From Clostridia bacterium (GTDB taxonomy: Bacteria; Bacillota; Clostridia; Oscillospirales; Acutalibacteraceae): a DNA stretch of 64,000 nt. Location: positions 17,765 to 81,764 of the forward strand of contig JAFTWW010000037.1 in NCBI GenBank assembly GCA_017465085.1. Reading direction: 5' to 3'. This document shows positions 54,739 through 64,000 of this stretch, piece by piece. The notes beneath the pieces were generated by a model. That model was given only the letters and a program-made list of their open reading frames with translations. It ran no database searches and was not told the DNA's origin. The translations under genes were made by a program, and so were the position numbers. Each line of letters opens with the position of its first letter. Within the stretch, counting starts at the first letter, position 1.

Positions 54739-56979
54739 TTATATACCGTATTTATCGGCAAGTTCTTTATACTTTTTAAGGTCAAAGGGCGGATAACCGC
54801 AAAGGTAGTGGTTCATACCCTTTTCCCCATCAATTTCCCACTCGATGATTAGCATCTTATGAGCAGAATAATACATAATGGTGCTGAAGAACTGAGTTGA
54901 CTGATTCTTAGGCGCATAAAAATCGCCATCAAAGATTATCTCTTCGGTTTCGGCATCCTTTATTACACAATGCCCCTTCAAATCTTTAAGGGTATCATTG
55001 CAGGCCTTGAATGCCATTCTCCAGTTCTGTATCTCAGTTGCAACAATGGTAAAGGGAGACTGAGAACGCTTGATATAGCGGTAGGCTATCTTCTTATTGA
55101 AATAATAATCAACCACCGCATCAGACATCTGAGGCCAACCATCAAGCAGGTTCCACCAGATAATACCCGTTTTCTTAGGTCTGCCCGATCTCATTCGCTC
55201 TATAAAGTATTTCTTTGCCTCGGCCTGAGAAATCTGAGAAGCATAGATATAATCCTCGGGGTCGGTAGGTACATCGCCGAAGAGCTGAGCTACCTGCTTA
55301 TGCATAAGCATTGTTCGATTATCCCTATTTTGCTGATCGGATGAGTGGAGATTCCATTCCTCATTATCCTGATAAGGCCATATCTTTTCGGGAGTGATAA
55401 ATTTCTTGATAGACTCCATATCGGGACATCCGTGATAGCCCGTTTCGCTTATAAAGTGGGATTTATCATTCTTATAAAAATCACTCTTAAAGTAATCTCT
55501 CGGTCCCCAAACGTGACCCTCGGGAGCTACGAGCCCCTTGGATTTGTTCTCATAAAATTCCTTAGAATAATAAGGCGAGCTTGCAAGATAGGGTCTTCTT
55601 ATATCGTTAAGGCGAACTACCTTGGGTAAAACCTCACGGGTAAGAGAGTTATTATTGGGGTCTGTGAAATTAGATAAAAGCTGATCAATTTCGTTATCTC
55701 CCGACCAGAGAATAATTGAGGGGTGATGGCGAAGCTTTCTTACAACTGCGGTTGCCTCCTCCTCAATAAGCCTCTTATATCTATCATCTTCCGGATATAA
55801 ACGGCAAGCCATACCGAAATCCTGCCATATCATTATACCATTTCTGTCGCAAAAATCGTAGAACTCGTGGTCCTCATAAACATTACCGCCCCAGCAACGA
55901 AGGATGTTACAGCCGATATCCTTAACGAGCGCTAAAGCCTCGGGATAGCGCTCTTTATCACGGCAGTGGAAGGCATCTAGGGGTACCCAATTAGAGCCCT
56001 TACACATAATCTCAACACCGTTGACAAGGAAGCGGAACTGACCGCTTATACCATCAGTGGCCTCTGTTCTATCAAGCTCTATAGTGCGAAGACCAAAAGA
56101 GGTTTTCGCCTCGTGAACGAGCACACCCTCGCTGTAAATAGAGGCGGTAGCATCGTAAACATTAGGTTCACCGTAGCCATAAGGCCACCACTTTTTAGCG
56201 TTAGGAATTACTATATCCGTTTTTTTAGCTTTACCTGATGCCTTGCCATATTTCGGAAGTTTAACAGTGTGTTCAAAGGTGCTATCTTCGCCACAGCTAC
56301 CCTTAAAAACTATTTCAACATCCTTAAAGTCTGCCCAATCGCACTCGAGCTCAAAAAAGGCATTACATAAATTACCGCTACCACGCATATAAAGCTGCTT
56401 AAAGTAAATCTTATCCCTTGCCTCAAGCTTAACATCGCGCCAAAGACCCGAGGTTACGGCTCTTGGCATAATATCCCAGCCGTAAGTATGAGGCGCGCGG
56501 CGAAGGCCTGTTTCTAAGGCGCCGTTATCCCAAGACAGCATATTGCTTACGGTATAGTTAAGATAATGATTTTCAACACAGGGCGCCTTGATATGTACGG
56601 TCAAGATATTTTCGCCATCTACCAGGTAATCATCCACACGGAATTCGTGGGCTATTAACATATTTTCGCTTTCGCCGAAAAGCCTGCCGTTAAGATAGTA
56701 TTCGGCTACACAGTCAACACCCTCAAAAACAAGATAAACGTTTTCCTTCTCCTCGGGGGCGCTGAAGCTACGCTCATACCACCATTCGAAATCTTCGAAT
56801 TTTTCGGTTTCGGTTATGTTCATACCCATATATAAATCTTCGGGAAGATATCCTTCACGGGATAAATCAAGCTGAACACAACCCGGCACATTTGCAGTTA
56901 AGGAAATCTTTTCGCCTGAGTTACTCTCCTGAGGCTGTCCCAAAAGATTCCATACGCCGTTCAAAGAAATTGTTTTCAT
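54739..56979 (-). CDS. GH2 glycoside hydrolase, beta-mannosidase-like (paralogue of 43560-45872)
   Basis: 746 aa. Same architecture and shared motifs (NILRCWGGNVYE, WSGDNE). Confidence 0.8.
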   Translation of the reverse strand: MKTISLNGVWNLLGQPQESNSGEKISLTANVPGCVQLDLSREGYLPEDLYMGMNITETEKFEDFEWWYERSFSAPEEKENVYLVFEGVDCVAEYYLNGRLFGESENMLIAHEFRVDDYLVDGENILTVHIKAPCVENHYLNYTVSNMLSWDNGALETGLRRAPHTYGWDIMPRAVTSGLWRDVKLEARDKIYFKQLYMRGSGNLCNAFFELECDWADFKDVEIVFKGSCGEDSTFEHTVKLPKYGKASGKAKKTDIVIPNAKKWWPYGYGEPNVYDATASIYSEGVLVHEAKTSFGLRTIELDRTEATDGISGQFRFLVNGVEIMCKGSNWVPLDAFHCRDKERYPEALALVKDIGCNILRCWGGNVYEDHEFYDFCDRNGIMIWQDFGMACRLYPEDDRYKRLIEEEATAVVRKLRHHPSIILWSGDNEIDQLLSNFTDPNNNSLTREVLPKVVRLNDIRRPYLASSPYYSKEFYENKSKGLVAPEGHVWGPRDYFKSDFYKNDKSHFISETGYHGCPDMESIKKFITPEKIWPYQDNEEWNLHSSDQQNRDNRTMLMHKQVAQLFGDVPTDPEDYIYASQISQAEAKKYFIERMRSGRPKKTGIIWWNLLDGWPQMSDAVVDYYFNKKIAYRYIKRSQSPFTIVATEIQNWRMAFKACNDTLKDLKGHCVIKDAETEEIIFDGDFYAPKNQSTQFFSTIMYYSAHKMLIIEWEIDGEKGMNHYLCGYPPFDLKKYKELADKYGI

Positions 56980-57167
56980 TAAATAACCTCCTCAGGTTTT
57001 GCTAATTTTATTTTACAATATGTTTGGAAAATATCAACTGCTAATTTTAATCATATTCGCAGTTTTTTCTGTTATTTCAGAAAAAACAAAAAAACTAATT
57101 TGCATTATTTTTTCTGTTTTTATTGATTTTTTTGAAAAAACAGTGTATTATACCTTTTGGTGATATT

Positions 57168-58001
57168 ATGAAAAGAACTCAATCAGGCAAAAAACTGCAC
57201 CTTGAAAGACCGCCGATTGTTATGAATGAAGACCATATTTCTATTTCTACCCATCATTCTAAAGGGTTTCGCACCCATTGGCACACCTTTTTTGAGATAG
57301 AAATCGTAACATCGGGCAAGGGAATACATAACCTTAACGGTCAACAATTTGAGATTAAAAAAGGCAGTATTTATCTTTTGGGACCTACTGATTTCCACGG
57401 TTTTTATGCTCCCTCTTCTATTTCTATGATAAATATTTCCTTTGATGAAGAAATGCTTACCGATGATATTCTATCATTCCTTATTTCCTCCTCACCCAAA
57501 AAATCCTACGACCTTGAAAGCGGTGACTATAACCGTATCATTATGGCGGCAAAGCTATTACAGCACGAATGTGAGGTGGGAGGTAGCTGCAAAAAGCAAT
57601 TATGCCAGTATATACTCAGCTTTTTCACCCGTAATATGAACATAGAAAATATGGATTATGTAAACCATATTCAGCTTTCGGGTATAAGGAAATCCATACT
57701 TTATCTCGAGATGCATTTCAGGGAAAAACTCACTCTTGAAGCCCTTGCAAAGCATGCTGGCTTTAACCCCACATATTTTAGCGAGCTATTCAAAAAGGTT
57801 ACGGGTGAAACCTATGTTGAGCGGCTCAACACCCTTAGAACAGGCTATGCGGCAATGCTTCTTGCAAACGGCTTTTCCGTTTCGGATTCCTGCTATATGT
57901 CGGGCTTCGGTTCACTTTCAAATTTTCTTTCGGTATTCAAAGCAAAATTCGGCGTAACACCAAGCAGTTACAGAACAGAGCAAATAAAAAAGCAGAGCTA
58001 A
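57168..58001 (+). CDS. AraC-family transcriptional regulator (cupin sensor plus double HTH)
   Basis: HWHTFFEIE cupin. C-terminal LEALAKHAGFNPTYFSELFKK...FGSLSNFLSVFKAKFGVTPSSY. Divergent from the GH2 gene. Confidence 0.85.
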   Translation: MKRTQSGKKLHLERPPIVMNEDHISISTHHSKGFRTHWHTFFEIEIVTSGKGIHNLNGQQFEIKKGSIYLLGPTDFHGFYAPSSISMINISFDEEMLTDDILSFLISSSPKKSYDLESGDYNRIIMAAKLLQHECEVGGSCKKQLCQYILSFFTRNMNIENMDYVNHIQLSGIRKSILYLEMHFREKLTLEALAKHAGFNPTYFSELFKKVTGETYVERLNTLRTGYAAMLLANGFSVSDSCYMSGFGSLSNFLSVFKAKFGVTPSSYRTEQIKKQS

Positions 58002-58017
58002 GCTCTGCTTTTATTTT
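57989..58017. terminator. Bidirectional terminator
   Basis: AAGCAGAGC-taa-GCTCTGCTT followed by TTATTTT. Overlaps the AraC stop codon. Confidence 0.65.
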
Positions 58018-58423
58018 ATATGTATTTCTTATTTTTGCCTTTATTAACACCCGATATTCCGCCGATCAGGGAAGCGAGCATAACTATAATAAATCTAAAA
58101 AGGGTTGTAAATCCGCCTCCGTTGCCATCAAAAACAAGGGCAAACAGGGTGACTATACAGAAGAATACAAGACCTGTTATAAGGCCTACCAAATAGCCCT
58201 TCTCCCCTATTCTTCTCGCGGTGAAGCGGGAAGCGAAAAAAGAGCCTAACGCAAGGCTTACAGTAGCAAAGGCGGGGGCATAAATTCTATCAAGCTTCAA
58301 AAAGAGTATTGCCGCCGAAAATGCGGCAACCGAAACGGCGGTTACTATAATGCCTATAAGCATACCCCAGATATATAATTTAACCTTCTCGTTATTGTTG
58401 ACAGCCGAAAAATCCTTTTTCAT
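58016..58423 (-). CDS. Small polytopic membrane protein (TIGR04086/YrzE-like, usual neighbour of yajC in Clostridia)
   Basis: 135 aa with 4 TM helices. Family assignment is from memory. Confidence 0.55.
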   Translation of the reverse strand: MKKDFSAVNNNEKVKLYIWGMLIGIIVTAVSVAAFSAAILFLKLDRIYAPAFATVSLALGSFFASRFTARRIGEKGYLVGLITGLVFFCIVTLFALVFDGNGGGFTTLFRFIIVMLASLIGGISGVNKGKNKKYI

Positions 58424-58471
58424 AAAAAATCCCTCCGTAATAAATATATTACGAAGGGATCATTTTATTAC

Positions 58472-58825
58472 TTATTTTGCTTCATCATCGTGAACGGTTA
58501 AGTTCTGCTGAAGAGCCCAACGAGCAATGGTCATTTTGCTATGGTCACTCTTGGACTCGATAACAATGGCATCCTCCTTAAGAGAGATAACTCTGCCATA
58601 AATACCGCCGATGGTTAAAATCTCATCGCCAACCTGAAGGCTATCGCGCATTTTCTGCTCTTCCTTTTGCTTTTTGCGCTGGGGACGGATAATCATAAAA
58701 TACATAAGAATAAAGAGAAGAACTAAGGGCGCGAAGGTAACCAGCATCGACATTAAGCCGCCTTCGGTGCCTGCAGTTTCGGTTGCAGACTTAGCTGCAT
58801 CAAGAAGAAAATAGTTAAAATTCAT
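58472..58825 (-). CDS. yajC: Preprotein translocase subunit YajC
   Basis: LVLLFILMYFMIIRPQRKKQKE...GDEILTIGGIYGRV. GGAGG RBS precedes ATG 58825. Confidence 0.9.
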   Translation of the reverse strand: MNFNYFLLDAAKSATETAGTEGGLMSMLVTFAPLVLLFILMYFMIIRPQRKKQKEEQKMRDSLQVGDEILTIGGIYGRVISLKEDAIVIESKSDHSKMTIARWALQQNLTVHDDEAK

Positions 58826-58908
58826 AAAACTTAAACCTCCAAAATATTTCAACAACTATTATACAGAATAATATATATAATTGCAAGGGAAATTTTGTAA
58901 ATTAAATA

Positions 58909-60179
<1,271 letters not shown>

Positions 60180-60186
60180 ATTTTGT

Positions 60187-61209
60187 CTACAAAATCAACA
60201 TCGCGTCTCCGAAGCTGAAGAAACGGTACTTTTCTTCCACGGCTTCGTTATAAGCGCTCATAGTATTATCATAACCTGCAAAGGCAGAAACTAACATAAT
60301 GAGGGTACTTTCAGGCAGGTGGAAATTGGTGATAAGACCATCCATACACTTAAACTCGTAGCCTGGGTAAATAAAGATTCCCGTATCACCCGAGCACGCT
60401 TTAATCTCACCATACCTTTGCGCCACGCTTTCAACGGTGCGACAGCTTGTAGTTCCGACACAGATCACTCTGCCGCCGTTTTTCTTGGTTTCATTTATAA
60501 TCTCGGCGGTAACTTCCGGCATAACATAATGCTCGGTATGCATCTTATGCTCGGTAATATCATCCACCTTAACGGGTCTAAATGTGCCAAGGCCGACATG
60601 GAGGGTTACATAGGCAACCTTTACACCCAAAGCCTCGATTTTTTGGAGCATTTGATCGGTAAAATGAAGACCTGCCGTGGGAGCGGCTGCTGAGCCTAAC
60701 TCCTTGGAATAAACGGTTTGATAACGCTCCTTATCCTCTAATTTTTCCTTAATATAGGGAGGAAGCGGCATCATACCAACCTCATCAAGCACCGAGAAAA
60801 ACTCGCCATCGCACTTAAATTCAATTATGCGGTTACCATCGGGTAAAACCTCCTGCACCCTTGCAAAGAGCTTATCGCTGAACTTGAATTCATAGCCCTC
60901 TTTTGCCTTTTTACCCGGTCCTGCCAAGGTTTCCCAAACAAGAGTTGAGCGTTGCTTTAAGAGAACAAACTCTACCACGGCGCCCGTATCTATTCTTGTG
61001 CCGTAAAGACGTGCGGGTAAAACCCTTGTATTATTAAGAATAAGGCAATCCCCCTCTTTGAGATAAGAGGTTAAATCACCAAAGCCCTTGTGCTCTATGT
61101 TGCCGTTCTCCTTGGAGAGAATGAGTAATCTCGAAGAATCTCTCGGCTCTATGGGAGTTTGAGCTATGAGGTTTTCGGGTAGATTGTAAAAAAAGTCGCT
61201 CGTTTTCAT
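60187..61209 (-). CDS. queA: S-adenosylmethionine:tRNA ribosyltransferase-isomerase
   Basis: [24 protein letters not shown]. Start at 61209. Confidence 0.97.
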   Translation of the reverse strand: MKTSDFFYNLPENLIAQTPIEPRDSSRLLILSKENGNIEHKGFGDLTSYLKEGDCLILNNTRVLPARLYGTRIDTGAVVEFVLLKQRSTLVWETLAGPGKKAKEGYEFKFSDKLFARVQEVLPDGNRIIEFKCDGEFFSVLDEVGMMPLPPYIKEKLEDKERYQTVYSKELGSAAAPTAGLHFTDQMLQKIEALGVKVAYVTLHVGLGTFRPVKVDDITEHKMHTEHYVMPEVTAEIINETKKNGGRVICVGTTSCRTVESVAQRYGEIKACSGDTGIFIYPGYEFKCMDGLITNFHLPESTLIMLVSAFAGYDNTMSAYNEAVEEKYRFFSFGDAMLIL

Positions 61210-61240
61210 AAATTTACAGATATTTTTCCCTTCAAATAGT

Positions 61241-61269
61241 TTGACAAATAATCGCATAAATGGTATATT
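61241..61269 (+). promoter_or_regulatory. Candidate promoter of asd-dapA-dapB
   Basis: TTGACA (61241-61246), 17-nt spacer, TGgTATATT (61261-61269). Confidence 0.5.
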
Positions 61270-61369
61270 TATTATGTATGATTATGGTTTAAGCTTAATA
61301 TTTATATATTATATTGCAAAAACGGTCATATGGCAACTATTTTTTCTTTTATTTTTGGAGATGATCACG

Positions 61370-62452
61370 ATGAAAAAGTACGATGTAGGCATTATAGGCG
61401 CTACGGGAATGGTAGGTCAGAGATTTTCTCTGCTCCTTGCCGACCACCCTTGGTTTAACGTTACCGCTCTTGCGGCAAGCAGCAGAAGCGCCGGTAAAAC
61501 CTTCGAAGAAGCAGTTTCTTCCCGTTGGGCTATGACCGACCCTATCCCCCAGAATCTTAAAGATATGGTTATCTACGATGCAGTAGAGGATATGGAAACC
61601 GTAGCGGGCAAGGTTGATTTCGTTTTCTGCGCAGTTGATATGAAGAAGGATGAAATCAAGGCTTTAGAGGAGGCCTATGCTAAGCTTGAGTGCCCCGTTG
61701 TTTCCAATAACAGCGCGCACCGCTTTACCCCCGATGTTCCTATGGTTATTCCCGAGATTAACGATAATCACCTTGATGTTATCGCTTCTCAGAGAGAGCG
61801 TCTTGGTACCAAGCGCGGCTTTATTGCCGTTAAATCCAACTGCTCGTTACAGAGCTATGTTCCCGCAATCTACCCCCTTGATAAGAAATTCGGCGTAGAT
61901 AAGTGCCTTGTTTGTACATATCAGGCAATTTCGGGCGCAGGTAAAACCTTTGAGCGTTGGCCCGAGATGGTGGATAATGTTATCCCCTTCATCGGCGGCG
62001 AGGAGGAAAAGAGTGAGCGTGAGCCCCTTAAAATCTGGGGTGAGGTTAAGGATGGCGAAATTGCCCTTGCCGATAGTCCTAAGTTTACCGCTCAGTGCCT
62101 TAGAGTTCCTGTATCTGACGGTCATATGGCGGCAGTTTTCGTATCCTTTAAGAATAAGCCCTCCAAGGAAGAAATACTTAAGGTTTGGGAGGAGTTCTCG
62201 GGTGTTCCTCAGGAGCTTTCTCTCCCCCATGCACCCCGCCAGTTCCTTAACTACTTTACCGAAGATAATATGCCCCAGACCAAGCTTAACCGCAACCTTG
62301 AGGGCGGTATGGCAGTATCTGTTGGCAGACTCCGTGAGGATAGCCAATATGACTATAAGTTCGTTTGCCTCTCCCACAATACCTTAAGGGGCGCCGCAGG
62401 CGGAGCTGTTTTACTTGCTGAGCTTCTCTGCGCTAAGGGTTATATGGACTAA
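61370..62452 (+). CDS. asd: Aspartate-semialdehyde dehydrogenase
   Basis: MKKYDVGIIGATGMVGQRF and the active-site region SNCSLQ. GGAG lies 9 nt upstream of ATG 61370. Confidence 0.95.
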   Translation: MKKYDVGIIGATGMVGQRFSLLLADHPWFNVTALAASSRSAGKTFEEAVSSRWAMTDPIPQNLKDMVIYDAVEDMETVAGKVDFVFCAVDMKKDEIKALEEAYAKLECPVVSNNSAHRFTPDVPMVIPEINDNHLDVIASQRERLGTKRGFIAVKSNCSLQSYVPAIYPLDKKFGVDKCLVCTYQAISGAGKTFERWPEMVDNVIPFIGGEEEKSEREPLKIWGEVKDGEIALADSPKFTAQCLRVPVSDGHMAAVFVSFKNKPSKEEILKVWEEFSGVPQELSLPHAPRQFLNYFTEDNMPQTKLNRNLEGGMAVSVGRLREDSQYDYKFVCLSHNTLRGAAGGAVLLAELLCAKGYMD

Positions 62453-62490
62453 GTCCTATAAATAAAAATTCAATTGAAAGGGTTGTTCTT

Positions 62491-63381
62491 ATGAAAAACA
62501 GAATTTTTACAGGCGCCGCTACCGCTTTGGTAACCCCTATGAACAGTGACGGAAGTGTAAATTTTGCAAGACTTACTACCCTTGTTGATGAGCAGATAAG
62601 AGGCGGTATTGATGCCCTTGTTATCTGCGGAACAACGGGTGAAAAATCAACCCTCAGATATGATGAACACGTTAAGGTTATAGAGGATTCGGTTAAGGCC
62701 GCCGCAGGCAGAGTTCCCATTATAGCGGGTACGGGTAGTAACGATACCGTTTATTCGGTTGAGCTTTGCGCCGATGCCGAGGCCGCAGGAGCCGATGCCT
62801 TTTTAATGGTGGCTCCCTATTACAACAAAACCTCTCAGGCAGGTCTTGTTGCCCACTATAACTACATTGCAGACCGTGTAAATAAGCCCATCATTCTTTA
62901 TAATGTTCCCTCCCGCACGGGCGTTGCAATTAAGCCCGAAACCTATAAGGAGCTATCTGGGCACCCCAATATCGTTGCCACTAAAGAGGCTAACGGAGAT
63001 TTATCATCAGTAGCGCAGACTAAGTATCTCTGCGGTGATGACCTTGATATTTATTCGGGCAATGATGACCAGACTATACCCATTATGTCCCTTGGAGGTA
63101 TCGGAGTTATTTCGGTGCTTTCAAACATAGCTCCCAAGGTTATGCACGATATGTGTGAGGAGTATTTTAGGGGTAATATTGATGCCGCCCGAAAGCTTCA
63201 GCTTCAGCATACGGGACTTATCAATGCCCTTTTCAGTGATGTTAATCCCATACCCGTTAAAGAGGCTATGAATATGTTGGGGCTCTCGGTCGGTCCTTGC
63301 AGATTACCCCTATATCCTATGGCGGAAGCTGCAAAGGAAAACCTTAAAAATAAACTTATTGAATGCGGTCTTATGCCGTAA
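62491..63381 (+). CDS. dapA: 4-hydroxy-tetrahydrodipicolinate synthase
   Basis: 296 aa. GTTGE, YNVP and active-site Lys in ATKEANG. Confidence 0.97.
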   Translation: MKNRIFTGAATALVTPMNSDGSVNFARLTTLVDEQIRGGIDALVICGTTGEKSTLRYDEHVKVIEDSVKAAAGRVPIIAGTGSNDTVYSVELCADAEAAGADAFLMVAPYYNKTSQAGLVAHYNYIADRVNKPIILYNVPSRTGVAIKPETYKELSGHPNIVATKEANGDLSSVAQTKYLCGDDLDIYSGNDDQTIPIMSLGGIGVISVLSNIAPKVMHDMCEEYFRGNIDAARKLQLQHTGLINALFSDVNPIPVKEAMNMLGLSVGPCRLPLYPMAEAAKENLKNKLIECGLMP

Positions 63382-63407
63382 AGCGTAAATAATTTGGATG
63401 TGAAAAT

Positions 63408-64000
63408 ATGATTAAAATATTGCTTGTGGGCGCTCTTGGTATGATGGGCAAGAATGTTGCATCTTGTGTTGCGGGTGACGAGGATTGTCAGATTATCTGC
63501 GGAATTGATGTAAATAAAGCGGAGCTTTCCTTTCCCGTTTTCACCGATTTTGCCGATGTAAAGTCGAAGCCCGATGTGATTATTGATTTTTCCCACGTTT
63601 CAGTTCTTGATAGCATACTTAAGTATGCGACTGATAACAATATCCCCTGTGTGCTTGCTACTACGGGATATTCACCCGAGCAGGTAGAAAAAATCAAGGC
63701 CGCGGCCAAGGTTATTCCCGTTTTCTTTACTGCAAATATGTCCCTCGGGGTTAATCTTATCTGCTCACTTGCTAAGAAGGCGGCCGCATTTTTAGGCGGA
63801 GACTTTGATATTGAAATCATAGAAAAGCATCATAACCAGAAGCTTGACGCCCCCTCGGGTACCGCTCTTATGCTTGCAAATGCGGTTAATTCGCAGTTTA
63901 ATGATAAATACAACTACGAATATGACCGCCACTCAAAAAGGCAAAAGAGACCTAAAAACGAGATTGGTATTCACTCTGTAAGAGGCGGCACCATTGTTGG
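63408..64000 (+). CDS. dapB: 4-hydroxy-tetrahydrodipicolinate reductase (3' end beyond the window)
   Basis: Own translation MIKILLVGALGMMGK...IEKHHNQKLDAPSGTA...GIHSVRGG. Absent from the ORF track because no stop codon lies in the window. Confidence 0.9.
   Translation, partial: MIKILLVGALGMMGKNVASCVAGDEDCQIICGIDVNKAELSFPVFTDFADVKSKPDVIIDFSHVSVLDSILKYATDNNIPCVLATTGYSPEQVEKIKAAAKVIPVFFTANMSLGVNLICSLAKKAAAFLGGDFDIEIIEKHHNQKLDAPSGTALMLANAVNSQFNDKYNYEYDRHSKRQKRPKNEIGIHSVRGGTIV

Noticed and set aside
57062-57146. Two T/A-run hairpins (GTTTTTTCTG..CAGAAAAAAC and CTGTTTTT..AAAAAACAG) between GH2 and AraC as a special element.
   Set aside because: These are low-complexity A/T-run complementarity in a divergent promoter region. 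They may be AraC half-sites, but they are not distinctive enough to claim.
61270-61369. Lysine riboswitch (L-box) ahead of asd-dapA-dapB.
   Set aside because: The UTR is only about 100 nt and very AT-rich. It lacks the conserved AGAGGCGC/GGGG-type L-box helices.

Overview
This 64-kb window looks like chromosomal DNA from a Clostridia-class Firmicute. That placement rests on gene content only (DUF421/DUF4363 pair, PurO-type IMP cyclohydrolase, PyrR-type attenuator, ZTP riboswitch, SigA-type promoters). No homology search was possible. Gene calls rest on my reading of the supplied translations, and RNA and repeat calls on reading the nucleotides directly.

Layout:
- 1-2.4 kb (-): polysaccharide ABC exporter plus a GT2 glycosyltransferase.
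- 2.5-3.6 kb: DUF421/DUF4363 pair.
- 3.6-6.0 kb: amino-acid ABC transporter operon.
- 6.1-7.3 kb: cobalamin riboswitch controlling a DUF4430 lipoprotein and an S-component-like membrane protein.
- 7.4-8.2 kb: orphan cysteine-rich protein.
- 8.7-10.9 kb: rpe and citrate synthase.
- 11.1-16.9 kb: bacterial microcompartment (BMC) operon holding an aldolase, a GlcG-like protein, BMC-H, BMC-P, PduS, PduT, AckA and PduL. It has no aldehyde dehydrogenase or other signature enzyme. An AraC regulator follows.
- 17.9-20.3 kb: GH38 alpha-mannosidase.
- 20.4-34.3 kb (-): ZTP-riboswitch-controlled operon purE-purC-purF-purM-purN-purO-SGNH-purH-purD-purL-fhs.
- 34.4-43.5 kb (-): pyrC-carB-pyrK-pyrD-pyrF-pyrE-pyrB-pyrI behind a PyrR-type attenuator. 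No carA is present.
- 43.6-48.9 kb (-): GH2 mannosidase-like gene, an XRE-HTH/PfkB kinase fusion, D-lyxose/D-mannose isomerase and a D-2-hydroxyacid dehydrogenase.
- 49.05 kb: tRNA-Trp followed by att-like duplications of its 3' end.
- 49.5-52.1 kb: AT-rich islet of small membrane proteins plus a sigma-region-2/transmembrane chimera.
- 52.1-58.0 kb: fruK-like kinase, GH13, a second GH2 and an AraC regulator.
- 58.0-64.0 kb: yajC-tgt-queA (-) and asd-dapA-dapB (+, dapB truncated by the window edge).

No CRISPR array, transposase, integrase, phage module or recognisable defence system was seen.

Most noteworthy:
- The incomplete-core BMC locus.
- An in-frame TAG inside purN.
- Several unexplained structured or repeated non-coding elements: the purF-purM spacer, the pyr leader, and heptad-repeat palindromes at two loci.
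- The tRNA-Trp att-like scar.
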